DNA from: Octopus vulgaris
Lineage: Eukaryota
Direction: 5' to 3'
Length of the DNA stretch: 64,000 nt
Assembly (NCBI GenBank): GCA_951406725.2
Contig: OX597821.1
Coordinates: forward strand, 26,350,001-26,414,000
The notes under the pieces were generated by a model. It had not been told where the DNA came from. It saw nothing but the letters and a program-made list of their open reading frames with translations, and ran no database searches. Both the position numbers and the translations under genes were made by a program. Below, piece by piece: positions 41,092 to 53,249 of the stretch. The stretch's first letter is position 1; the number at the start of each line of letters is the position of its first letter.

Positions 41092-43653
41092 AATGGAGAG
41101 AATTAATATCGACGCATCCGTTGAAGATTTTCGAATACCGCCAAAGAAAGAATATATTAAAGATCTTTTCTTCAAAGTCAACATCTAGATTGAGATGACC
41201 GGCGTACTTCCATGACAAGAAAGAGGAAAACCCTAACAACGCAACAGATGAACAGATATAGGGATTTTTTAAAACGAGGAAATATCCACCACCAAACCTA
41301 CATCGAGCTGACTTTGAAGATGAATGATGGAATATTGTTAGGAATATTGAATTCTGTTAACTCTCACTAAGAAGAAATAAGCACATCCAGAAACTATACT
41401 CCCTAACTAAGGATCTCAAGTAAAAATAAGGAATTTTAGTACACGCGGATAAAACAGGTAACTTGCATCATTTAAAAACTTAATCTGCAAGACAAAGGTA
41501 TTATAAAAAATATTATTTAGCAGATAAAACTGAACCTTACGAGCCTAAAACCCCTAGAATTAATCATAAGGACCATAATCTTAACTTTTACACTAACCCT
41601 ACTGTTAAACTCATTTGTCCTTAAGCTTAAACTATGGTCTAGTTCGTATGACTGGTTTTCTAAAATCCTAGATAAAAATAAGACAAGATTCATGCAAATC
41701 GACATATCTAACTATTACGTTTCAATTAATCTTATCCTCTTAAATCAGATGCTTATGTTTGCTATGAAAAACTCTTTGTAGACATTATTTTAGCGGTTAG
41801 GAAATCAATTATAAAATTTGAGGGAAAGTACTGGGCGAGAAAGTATAGACCAGAGATGTTCGATATAACTATGGGATCCACAGACTCTGCACAAGTAGCA
41901 GACTATATAGGGATGATGCACTTTTCACCGTTTAATCCCTCAAACCGGGACAGAAAAATATAGGAAAAAAATGTTTAGGTTCTTTAAAAACACAGGACTC
42001 TCAGTATTTATAGAAGGGGAATATAACTAAGTTAACTTTTTTGATGTTAATTTAGATCTAAGTACAGGTATACATAGGCCTTATCATAAACCTAATACAA
42101 ACCCTAGATACATTCATAAAAATAACATCCACCCAAAAAGTATAATCGGATCAATAATAGAAAATATATCAATCCAAATCAACAAACTCTCAGCGAACGA
42201 GGAAGTATTTAAACTTAATGAAGACTTTTATGATTTTGCATTAGAGAAAGCAGGATATAGAGAAAAATTAAAATTCCTTAACGGTAGTAATAGTACAAAT
42301 AGTATAAGTAGCGAGATGGACCATACTATCAATAATCATGATAGTAAGGTTAATATGGAGAGCACCACTAATCAAATAGAACAGACAGTAAGAAGAGTAA
42401 AGGATAAGAAATCTGTTCATTTAGAATATAACAATAGAGTTCTTAGAAACAAAATGAAGAATACAAATTTACTTGAATATGTGCAAATAAAGTACAAAGT
42501 AGCTTAGAGACCTACTAAGAGGTCCTATTCAGATAGTGTAGGTAAAGAATACATAAACTCTATAAATAGTAATATATACACGATTGACAAATATAATGTC
42601 AAATATAACAGCAAATGTCGTAATAAGAACCAGATAAGGAGATTACACACATTTACAAAAAGCTTAACAAGAAATAGAAATACATATCTTAGTAACATGG
42701 ATACCTCTAGCTATATCGAATGGTATATAATTCCCTTCGGGAAACAAATAATTTCCAATATACCGAAATTGTTTTATTCGGCATTGACTAAACATCTTCC
42801 AAAAAGCAGTAAATACTGCAGGGTTTTTAATAAAAAATCAGATTAGATTAGCTTTCTGTAATAGCAAAAATCTAGCACAAATTATAGCTGCACACAACGA
42901 TAGCAAATTTAAAGGTTTCCATATGAGTTGTAGCAATAATATAATAGTAACCAGAATTATAATTATAGATCAATAAATAGCAACAATGTCAACATGAGCG
43001 GACAAACCGTAGGTAACATAGCTGGGTACCAGGATTGAAACTATGGTTTGACAATCAATGGAGTTGAAGAGACTCGAGGGAGCTCCACAGTTGGCCTGGA
43101 AGTAGTGAATATGAAACCTAGAGGGCAAAGTACTCGGAGTGTTGTCTCTGTGGAGAGGACTAATAGCATAGAAGATAGACAGGAGAATACAAAAATCACA
43201 TCTAGAATAGGTGAAGTGGATGATAGTGATGGAAGTACTAGAACTCTTAGTTGCGATCGTGCGAAGTACAGGGTCTGTTCGCTTGGCTCTGATTGTAAAC
43301 ACAAAAATATTGTATACAGATGTAAGATTGCCTCAGAGAATAGAGAATATTTCTATATAAGAGCTAGCACGTTATATTTAAGTTCGTTTAGAAGTAGGGA
43401 CAAAATCAATACTACCAGCCTTAGTAAGCTTATTTGGGCACTTAAAGATGGTAACAAAGTATTTTCGATTGCTTGGAGAATTATTAGTAAAGCAAAACCT
43501 TAAAGAATAGGCGATAATAAATGTAATGTTTGTGTAGAGAAAATGTACTAAATTTTCTTTTCTAAATATACTATTATAAACATTAGACAGGAACAGACTA
43601 TGAGATGTCCACATTGGATTAAATATACGTTTAAACGATTTAAAGAAACATAA
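41092..43653 (+). pseudogene. Near full-length decayed Penelope-like element, Naiad-type (RT and C-terminal GIY-YIG endonuclease)
   Basis: Frameshifted motifs F.IPPKKEYIK.L, YG.FKTRK.PPP, FDITMGSTDSAQV, NFFDVNLDL.TG..RPYHKPN, ALEKAGY, WYIIPF, C...C.L...C..KNIVY, SF......TSLSKLIWALKD...IAW.II, C.VC.EK, CPH match my recollection of the Naiad/Chlamys PLE consensus. Confidence 0.82.
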
Positions 43654-44020
43654 ATTATCATCTATAGTAATTATACAAGTTAACATAATGATTGTGATAA
43701 TTAATGATATTTTTGCAAATAATACTAAAATGATTTTAGTAGTAATAACAATAACAATATTAATTGAGGTTATAAATCTAAACATAAGTGAAATTACCCC
43801 TGAATAAATAATATACTCTATTCAGTAAAATATAAACAAAACTGCTACAACTGATTTTTATATGAATGAGCATTTTTATAAACCACGATTCAACTTTAAT
43901 ACGAGTAGAGGTGATTATTAGACTAGAATTCAATTTGATTAAAAAAGTAACGATATAACCTTCAACTGAATACCAACGCTGGAAGCTTGTTTGAATTAGT
44001 TCACTTTGAAAACGTCATAA

Positions 44021-44117
44021 GTGATGGACCCTTGATGAAATTGTAGCGACTAGGATGCATAATTGCATACGGTGCAATGTGTGTAGTTACTACAATTGAA
44101 ACATATGTTGGTCATTG
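44021..44117 (+). ncRNA. Hammerhead ribozyme with extended stem II in the PLE 3' end
   Basis: gacc-c-TTGATGA-aattgtag...ctacaatt-GAAA-c atat g-TT-ggtc. Palindromic stem III (CATATG); stem II is extended by attgca/tgcaat. Confidence 0.65.
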
Positions 44118-44365
44118 TTATATATGCTGTAGAAAACTTTTTAAAATAAGTTTTGGATGAAAATAGATCTCCATCCTTCTTCGTTTTCAACAGTATATAT
44201 ATTTAATGTAGGATAAAATTTTTTTCGAAAAAATTTTATCAATGGCCAGCATATTAAAAATACTTTTAAAGGTTAAATTTATAAACAACTTATAAATAAG
44301 GGCAAACGAAAAAAAAATATATATGTATACATATACATCTATATCTATCTATATATATACATCTA

Positions 44366-44489
<124 letters not shown>

Positions 44490-44632
44490 CATATACATCT
44501 ATATCTATCTATCTATATATATACATGCACACACACATATATGTATTGTTTGTAAAAGATATAAATCCGAAACAAGAAGCACACTCTAAGATGTAGAACA
44601 GTATAAATTAAAAATGGAGAAGGCCGGTTTAT

Positions 44633-44693
44633 GGGGTTACTCTAGGTTTCCAGTCTATATAGGGTTTAGCTTTATGGCGTATCATCAGATTCC
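44633..44693 (-). ncRNA. Degenerate hammerhead core
   Basis: Minus strand: CTGATGA...tatagactg-GAAA-cctagag-TA-acc; stems partly decayed. Confidence 0.4.
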
Positions 44694-44757
44694 AAAAACC
44701 TGTTGGCCCATGACTTCTTAAAAATATTTTTAAGAGGTCATGGGTCAACAGATTTTT
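44694..44757. repeat. 64-bp near-perfect palindrome without spacer
   Basis: aaaaacctgttggcccatgacttcttaaaaat|atttttaagaggtcatgggtcaacagattttt; 3 differences between the arms. Confidence 0.9.
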
Positions 44758-44906
44758 CGGGAAACCGAAGGTAATGCCTGCCACTATCTCTCACTTAGTC
44801 GCTTTCAAGCATCAGTTGCGCTTGAATGAAAATATAAATCCGACATACGACCAGATCGACTTACGACCTGTCAGTCAGAACGGAGCTCAGTCGTAAGTCG
44901 TCAAGT

Positions 44907-44940
<34 letters not shown>

Positions 44941-44966
44941 GATTTTATATATATATATGTGTGTGT

Positions 44967-45011
<45 letters not shown>

Positions 45012-45279
45012 GGTGAGTGGCCTAGTCGTTTGGGAAGATGCACTCAGGATCGTTAGATCGTGCATTCGATTCCAAGACCGGGTGGCATGTTGTGTTCAAG
45101 TCTCCTTTTCGGTCAGGGGTGGTGGAGGGGCAGCGCAAACGTTGGCCTGCTCATTCTGCCAGCGGGATGGTGTCATTCGGTGTCTAAAACGATATAAAAC
45201 GCATTGTGTCCAGCTACGTGTAACAAAACTGATGGTCTGGTCGGTCATGTCACCACTTGATATATATATATGTGTGTAT

Positions 45280-45685
45280 ATTCTTTTATTTGTTTAGTCA
45301 TTTGACTACGGCCATGCTGGAACATCACCTTAAAATTCTTTTTAGTCGAAGATGTCTACCCCAGGACTTATTCTTTGTAAGCCTAGTACTTATTCTATCA
45401 GTTCTCTTCTGCCGCATTGCTAAGTTACGGGGATGTAAACACTAACATCGGTTGTCAATCGATGGCAGGGCACAAATATAGACACAAACACACACACACG
45501 CTCATGCACGCATACATACAGCGCGCTTCTTTCAGTTTTCTTCTACCAAATCCACTACAAGGCTTATGGTCTGCCCGAGGCTATTGTAGAAGACATTTGC
45601 CCAAGGTGCCATGCAGTGGGACTGAACCAGGAACTATGTGATACACACACATGAAATTCTAATAAAAAGGCAAAGAAGGTTGTCG

Positions 45686-45716
<31 letters not shown>

Positions 45717-45920
45717 GTGTCTGTGTTTGTTCCCCCACCGTCGCTTGACAACCGATATTGGTGTATTTACGTCCCCTAACTTAGCGTTTCAGCAAAGTAA
45801 CAAATAGAATAAAAACTGGGCTTGCAAAGAATAAGTCATAGAGTCGATTCGTTCGACTAAAGGCGGTGCTCCTGCATGGCCACAGTCTAATGACTGAAAC
45901 CAGTAAAAGAATAAAAGAAT
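45280..45920. mobile_element. Two CORE-type SINE pieces in opposite orientation
   Basis: 45280-45640 is a minus-strand copy; 45715-45920 is a plus-strand 3' half. Confidence 0.7.
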
Positions 45921-46529
45921 GAGTTTAGTATATCTTTAATTTCTAGTTACACTTGTTTGCACAAAAAATTTCATATGTGAAGTCACGTAATATTTCCGGT
46001 TTATTAGAGCGGCTGCGGTATCGAACCTTGAGCCAAGTGGTTGGCTGCAAGGCAAATTTCAAACGCACAGCCATGTGTGCACATTTATGACGCATACACA
46101 GGACACCTGAATATGGAATTGTACTTCACAACAGCATCTTATCTATAATGATAAAAGCGTAATTCTCTCTGCCCTCTGAGACTCCTGTATCTCAGTCTAC
46201 CTAGACATATTATACCTTTTTGGAATCAGGATGATCCCGGGATTGAAAATCTGTCCTTCATTTTGCTTCTTGAACATCCAGCATTGGGGCCTGATTTAAA
46301 AGCATTTATGTTGCTATTTCTAGCAGATAAAGCTTCGCTGATTCATGGTTGGCATTTGTCAGATGACGTCAGAGATCAAATGGGAGATAAATGACATTCG
46401 TTTCGTTAATTTTACGTTGTGAGAAGAACTTTGGGACAAATTGGTCATCAGATGGAATTCAACTTGGGACTGGAACAATAGAATGATTGCATTACAGAAT
46501 CAATTGTCATCCACCGGGGCATATATATA

Positions 46530-46783
46530 TGTAAATGTTCCTTCTCGAGCCATGCCAGGCTCATAAGGGCCGGTTTCCCGGTTTCAGTGGCGTAGACATT
46601 TCCCACCTGGACGGGACACCGGTCCGTCGCAGGATTACTCATTTTTGCCAGCTGAGTGCACTGGAGCAACGTGAAAATGAAGTGTTTTGCTCAAGAACAC
46701 AACGCATCGCCCAGTCCAGGAATCGAAACCACAACCTTACGATCATGAGTTCAACACCCTAACCACTTAGCCACGCGCCTCCA
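46530..46783 (-). mobile_element. Full-length tRNA-derived SINE with 14-bp TSD
   Basis: Minus-strand head GGAGGCGCGTGGCTAAGTGGTTAGG, B-box GGTTTCGATTCCT, CORE-like gtgttcttgagcaaaacactt. TSD caccggggcatata at 46512-46525 and 46784-46797. Confidence 0.85.
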
Positions 46784-47118
46784 CACCGGGGCATATAGTC
46801 ATTATAGACATATCATGGTCATGCTATTTAGCTCCCCGGAGGAGCCAGCTCAAAAGTCTGCACGGAGTGCCGCTTTTAAATTAGTTGCTAATAATGTTAT
46901 TACCGCTTAGAACAATGCTAATGATACTCATGTCCAATAATTTTTATGCTTCGTCCAATTAGGTTCTGAGTAATATACTTAGACTCAACGTCCGCTCGAA
47001 TATCTGGTTCTTGTAATAAACTCGTTTGTTCTCTTTTCTTTATGCTTCTATCACTTTTTAAATTCCATCCCCTTCCAGTCTTTTTTCTCTTCTTTTATCA
47101 TCCAACATAGATGATATA

Positions 47119-47280
47119 GGCGTAGGAGTGGTTGAGTGGTAAGTAGCTTGCTTACGAACCACATGGTTCCGGGTTCAGTTCCACTGCATGGCACCTTGGG
47201 CAAGTGTCTTCTACTATAGCCTCGGGCCGACCAAAGCCTTGTGAGTGGATTTGGAAGACGGAAACTGAAAGAAGCCCGTT

Positions 47281-47314
<34 letters not shown>

Positions 47315-47426
47315 AAATGAAAGAATGGAGTCGAACGAAGATGTTAACAAAATTCCTTTACTCTCGACATATGTTTCGAAGACAACATGCTGACGATAAA
47401 CATAGGATAATTCATTCACCTATATA

Positions 47427-47476
<50 letters not shown>

Positions 47477-47720
47477 TATATATGTATGTGTGTGTAAGTG
47501 TTTGTGTGTTTGTGTTTGTCCCCCAACATTGCTTGACAACCGATGCTGGTGTGTTTACGTCCCCGTCACTTTGCGGTTCGGCAAAAGAGACCGATAGAAT
47601 AAGCACTAGGCTTACAACGAATAAGTCCCGGGGTCGAATTGCTCGACTAAAAGGCGGTGCTCCAGCATGGCCACAGTCACATGACTGAAACAAGTAAAAG
47701 AGAAAAAGTAAAAGAGTAAG
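47119..47720 (+). mobile_element. CORE-type SINE with a PLE-end fragment (47312-47420) nested in its internal (TA)n
   Basis: Complete head, CORE and tail. The internal insert carries minus-strand GAAACATATGTC (hammerhead 3' half) at 47377-47366. Confidence 0.8.
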
Positions 47721-48084
47721 AGATAAATTTCTCGATAAGCGATCCGCCTCACCACCCACGGAAGCAGACACAAATCTCAGAAACATGTCCCCTACTGATC
47801 TTCGCAAATGCTATCAAACAAAATTCAACGTCACATTTTGAAAAATTTTGAATTACTCAACATTTTCCTCCGTCACTTTTTTTGTTGTTGTTGTTTTCGA
47901 TTATCTATCTCTCCCTTCCATTCTTCCATCCCCAACTGCCTCCTCCTCCTCCTCACTATCAACGAATTACTCCTCCCACGTGTCTATATCTCTCCATTTC
48001 CCCCCCTCACAACTCTCACATTTTTCTCCATTCCATTCGTAGTTTCTCCACAATATTGTCGAATTACTCCCCATCTCATTCGCC

Positions 48085-48240
48085 ACACTTCTTCTTCTCC
48101 TTCTTCTTCTTCCTCATTCTTCTCTTCATTTTCTTCTTCTTCTTCATCCTCTGCTTCTTTTTCATTTTTTCTTCTTAATTTTCTTCTTCTTCTTCTTCTT
48201 CTTCTTCTTCTTCTTCTTCTTCTTCTTCTTCTTCTTCTTC

Positions 48241-48272
<32 letters not shown>

Positions 48273-48450
48273 CTTCTTCTCCTCCTCCTCCTTCTTCTTC
48301 TTCTCCTCCTCCTCCTTCTTCTTCTTCTTCTTCTTCTTCTTCTACTTCTTCTTCTTCTTCTTCGTCTTCTTCTCTCCTCCTCCTCCTCCTCCTCCTTCTT
48401 CTTCTTCTTCTTCTTCTTCTTCTCCTCTTCCTCCTCCTTCTTTCCACCTT
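48085..48450. repeat. (CTT)n/(CCT)n trinucleotide tract
   Basis: Directly visible. Confidence 0.95.
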
Positions 48451-48929
48451 CCCTCTCACCCCTTTTTTGTCGACTCCCTACCATCGTCTCCTTCCCCTTC
48501 CCGTCTCTTCCTCCTCCTCTTCCTCCTCGCCCTTCCATTCTTCTCCCCCTCCCTTCTCTCCTCCTTCTCCATCTCCTGTTTATCCTCTATTCCCTTCCTG
48601 TCTCCTTCTAACATTTTCTCATTCTCTTTACCTCTGTTATCCTTATCCTGTATCCTCTCCTTCCATTTCACTTTAGCTCCCGTTATTTCCCCACCCCACC
48701 CCATTCCCCCTCTTTTCACAGCCTTCCCCTTTATTACCTCCTCCTCCTCCTCCTCCTCCTCCTCTTCCTCCTCATCTATAACTCCTTTTTCTCTCCACCA
48801 TTAATTCGCTAAATACTTTTAACACATCAACTTCTTCACACGTAAAAACAATGTCTTTTTTTTTCTAATATTGTAATTCCATAGGTGAGAGAGTAGAGAG
48901 AGAGAGAGAGATATACACGTGTGTGCGTT

Positions 48930-49001
<72 letters not shown>

Positions 49002-49341
49002 AGTATGCATGTGTATGTGGGACTGAGAATTCCTTACCACCGTCCTACATACAAGTCTACCGCAACAATCAACATCCACAGGCTAGAAGTATCTAATCGA
49101 AAATAACAAAAGCTAATAACGTTAATCACAATTCCTCTTTTTGTTAGGCAAAACTAGTTTTTAAATGCATAACTGAGCAATATGGTGTATCTCAAGGGAA
49201 ACACTGGAAGACATTGATTAAGTGCAGACTCCAAGATTCGTCTGTAAGAGTTCCTATGATTTGGTCAACGGAGTTTATAAATCATATTAGATTTTTGCCT
49301 GTGGTTTTTTGAATCTAGTTTTTGCTTCGGAAATAATAATA

Positions 49342-49348
49342 ATGATGA

Positions 49349-49380
<32 letters not shown>

Positions 49381-49426
49381 ATGATGATGATGATGATGAC
49401 GACGATGATGGTGGTGGTGGCGGTAG

Positions 49427-49462
<36 letters not shown>

Positions 49463-49489
49463 CGACGATGATGGTGGTGGTGGCGGTAG

Positions 49490-49546
<57 letters not shown>

Positions 49547-49642
49547 CGGTAGTGATGATGATGATGACGACGATGATGGTGGTGGTGGCGGTAGTGATGA
49601 TGATGATGATGATGACGACGATGATGGTGGTGGTGGCGGTAG

Positions 49643-49678
<36 letters not shown>

Positions 49679-49849
49679 CGACAATGATGGTGATGGTGGT
49701 GGTGGTAGTGATGATGATGATGATGATGACGACAATGATGGTGGTGGTGGCGGTAGTGATGATGATGATGACGACGATGATGGTGGTGGTGGCGGTAGTG
49801 ATGATGATGATGATGATGACGACGACGATGATGGTGGTGGTGGCGGTAG

Positions 49850-49903
<54 letters not shown>

Positions 49904-50029
49904 CGATGATGATGGTGGTGGTGGTGGTAGTGATGATGATGATGATGATGATGACGACAATGATGGTGGTGGTGGCGGTAGTGATGATGATGATGATGAC
50001 GACGACAATGATAGTGGTGGTGGCGGTAG

Positions 50030-50062
<33 letters not shown>

Positions 50063-50093
50063 CGATGATGATGATGATGATGATGATGATGAC

Positions 50094-50125
<32 letters not shown>

Positions 50126-50240
50126 CGGTAGTGATGATGATGATGATGATGACGATGATTGTGGTGGTGGCGGTAGTGATGATGATGATGACGATGATGG
50201 TGGTGGTGGCGGTAGTGATGATGATGATGATGATGATGAC

Positions 50241-50272
<32 letters not shown>

Positions 50273-50273
50273 C

Positions 50274-50305
<32 letters not shown>

Positions 50306-50415
50306 CGGTAGTGATGATGATGATGATGATGATGATGATGACGACGATGATGGTGGTGGTGGCGGTAGTGATAATGATGATGATGATGATCATGATCATG
50401 ATGATGGTGGTGGTG
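49342..50415. repeat. Higher-order trinucleotide satellite [(GAT)n GAC (GAT)2 (GGT)3-4 GGC GGT AGT]n
   Basis: About 20 units of variable length, built entirely from in-phase triplets. Confidence 0.95.
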
Positions 50416-50819
50416 ATAAGACAAACGGACGTTTCTGGCTGTTAATCTTGAATATTTTCTTTATTTTGAATAAAAAAAAAAATTGTGACTTATAAGATTT
50501 ATTAGTTATTTAATGTTGTAATAATAAGACCGCTAAATGGCTGCTCAAGGTTTTCCAATTTTTTTTTCTTTTTAAATATCTTTTTATTACTGATCAGTTT
50601 GAGGAAAAAGTTAATATAACATAATATAATATAATATAATATAATATAATATAATATAATATAATATAATATAATATGATATGATATAATATAATATAAT
50701 ACAATATAATATAGTGTAGTATAATACAATATAATATGAAAATAATAAATATTATCCGCTAGAGCATATATTTTGTGTGATTTAAGAATTACTTGGAGCT
50801 GATCTGACTTCTCGGGACT

Positions 50820-51190
50820 GTTTACTCTTTTACTTGTTTCAGTCATTTGACTGCGGCCATGCTGGAGCACCGCCTTTAGTCGAGCAAATCGACCCCAGGA
50901 CTTATTCTTTGTAAGCCCAGTACTTATTCTATCGGTCTCTTTTGCCGAACTGCTAAGTGACGGGGACATAAAAACACCAGCATCGGTTGTCAAGCAATGC
51001 TAGGGGTTACAACCACAGACACACATACATATATATAAATACATATATACGACAGGCTTCTCTCAGTTTCCGTCTACCAAATCCACTCACAAGGCATTGG
51101 TCGGCCCGAGGCTATAGCAGAAGACACTTGCCCAAGATGCCACGCAGTGGGACTGAACCCGGAACCATGTGGTTTGTAAGAAAGCTACTA
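50820..51190 (-). mobile_element. CORE-type SINE, young copy
   Basis: Near-identical to 6995-7385. Confidence 0.85.
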
Positions 51191-51345
51191 AGCGGTTGAT
51201 TCTAATTTAGGCTAAGAAAAATAAAAAAAAAAAACCTATTCTTCATCTAAATAATAAATTAGCTATTCAGTTTACTTGAGAAATAATGTATGTATGTATG
51301 TATGTATGTATATATGCATGTATATATTTTTGTATGTATGTATGC

Positions 51346-51385
<40 letters not shown>

Positions 51386-51426
51386 CATAACACAGTTTAC
51401 AAATCATATTATAGCGAATTTCTCAT

Positions 51427-51458
<32 letters not shown>

Positions 51459-51494
51459 TGTATGTATGTATGTATGTATGTATGTATGTATGTA

Positions 51495-51539
<45 letters not shown>

Positions 51540-51618
51540 CGAATTTCTCATTATTTGTATTAAAGCCTGTGCGAATATTTTTTGTACTTATATGAAAGGG
51601 ATATATTTATTTCATCAG

Positions 51619-51744
<126 letters not shown>

Positions 51745-51940
51745 CAAGAGAACGTAGATAGGTTTTAGAAAATGAAAACGTAACAGAAAGTAAAGTTCTT
51801 CTTATTGTTGTTGTTATTGTAGCTGTGGTGTTGGTATTATTGCTGTTGTCGGTGATATTAGTGTTGTTGTTGTTATTGTTGTTATTTTTGTTGTTGTTAC
51901 TGAGCTGATTGAATGAGTAATCAGTTAATTAAAGATTTAC

Positions 51941-52016
51941 TATGACTCAAGCTCCCGATTTAAATTCATAATAACAGAACCGGATGGCACCAGAAAGTCA
52001 TGGGAATCCACGAAAA
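51941..52016 (-). other. Candidate non-coding exon
   Basis: Long poly-T tract plus CAG acceptor at 52019-52017 on the minus strand; donor GTAAAT at 51940-51935; stops or no recognisable protein in the frames. Confidence 0.25.
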
Positions 52017-53249
52017 CTGAAAAAAAAAAAAAGAAAAAAAAAAAAATTACAGGTGTTTTTTGCACTTCTTGTGTTGGCGTTGTTGTTATCAATATAAGCC
52101 ATGATCGTGCCAGCAAGATTCCAGGTGGTGTGAGATGCATTTAAGAATCCGGTCTGAAGAACGCTACTTTGGTAAGTAAGAGTTGTTTCACTTATTACAG
52201 AAGACACCCTATTCTCTCCAAAGAAGAAAAAAAAAAATCAGTTAGAGATTTAGGATGGAGATGCTGGGATAATTGTTAAAGAAAATGTCAAAAAAATGGA
52301 TTTTAAACGGCCCCTTATGTCCGCAGGTCTAATGTTGGCTGTGCCATGAGTGTACGTACGTACGTACGTATGTATGTATGTATGTATGTATGTATGTATG
52401 TATGTATGTATGTATGTATGTATGTATGTATGTATGTATGTGTCACATTCGATCACAGCACCAGTAACAGTTAAGCTTCGTGCAATGGTCATACTCGATA
52501 ACGAGGGGGGAAACTGCTTTCAAACTGAACTTGCTATAGTGTACTAAAGTAGTTGTTTGCATCGGTTGAACCGTCACAGACAATGCGGTGATCCCAACAG
52601 TCTTTTCTGAGCCTTGGTCGGCCTCAAAAAAGTTCAACTTGAAACCGTACGTATGTTATTCATTCTTTGTTCATGATTTTACTCTCGCAGAAGTTACGTT
52701 TTTTTCTTGAGATATTTTCATAGTAGACCTCTGTAATTTGTTGTTGTGATTTTGTTCCACTTCAGTTTCTTAACAAAAAAAACCAGCCAATAAATAGTAC
52801 TGTAAATAGTATCCTCCTTATGTTTGAACTTTTTCTTATCTTTAATATTTTGATGAACATCAATTAAGTTTTTCTGCGTTTCTGCATTCTATCGTTTTCT
52901 ATATTTACGAAGTGGGATCCGCCATGTTTTATAACGTCAGCAAACCTATTGTATTTCTTGTATTAAAAGAAGAAAAAAAATGAACATCCTCTTAATTTTC
53001 TTTTTTTTTTGCTGATCGATGTATAATGGATATGACAGTTCGTTAAAAAGTATCTTGCTGTTGCCGCAGGATATACTGGACATTCTTCAAATCTAAAGAT
53101 CATCAAGGTATGTGTCACTGTAGAGTTTGAAGATTTTTTATAGAAGCTTATAGACTCAATGGATTCTGATTTAAAAGATTTAGAATACATATGTAGAACA
53201 AGGGTAGTCGTGCTATGGCAGTCATCGAAGGGCAAGTAGCCAAGTGCTC

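Noticed and set aside
43048-43503. 151-aa ORF as a standalone gene or selenoprotein
   Set aside because: It is part of the decayed PLE endonuclease region; no in-frame UGA at Cys positions or SECIS seen.
47808-48611. 267-aa Leu/Ser-rich ORF and opposite-strand Arg/Glu ORFs
   Set aside because: Produced by the (CTT)n tract.
49265-50445. 247-378-aa ORFs (poly-His, poly-Ile, poly-Met, Ser/Pro)
   Set aside because: Translations of a triplet satellite, open in several frames on both strands; no unique coding content.
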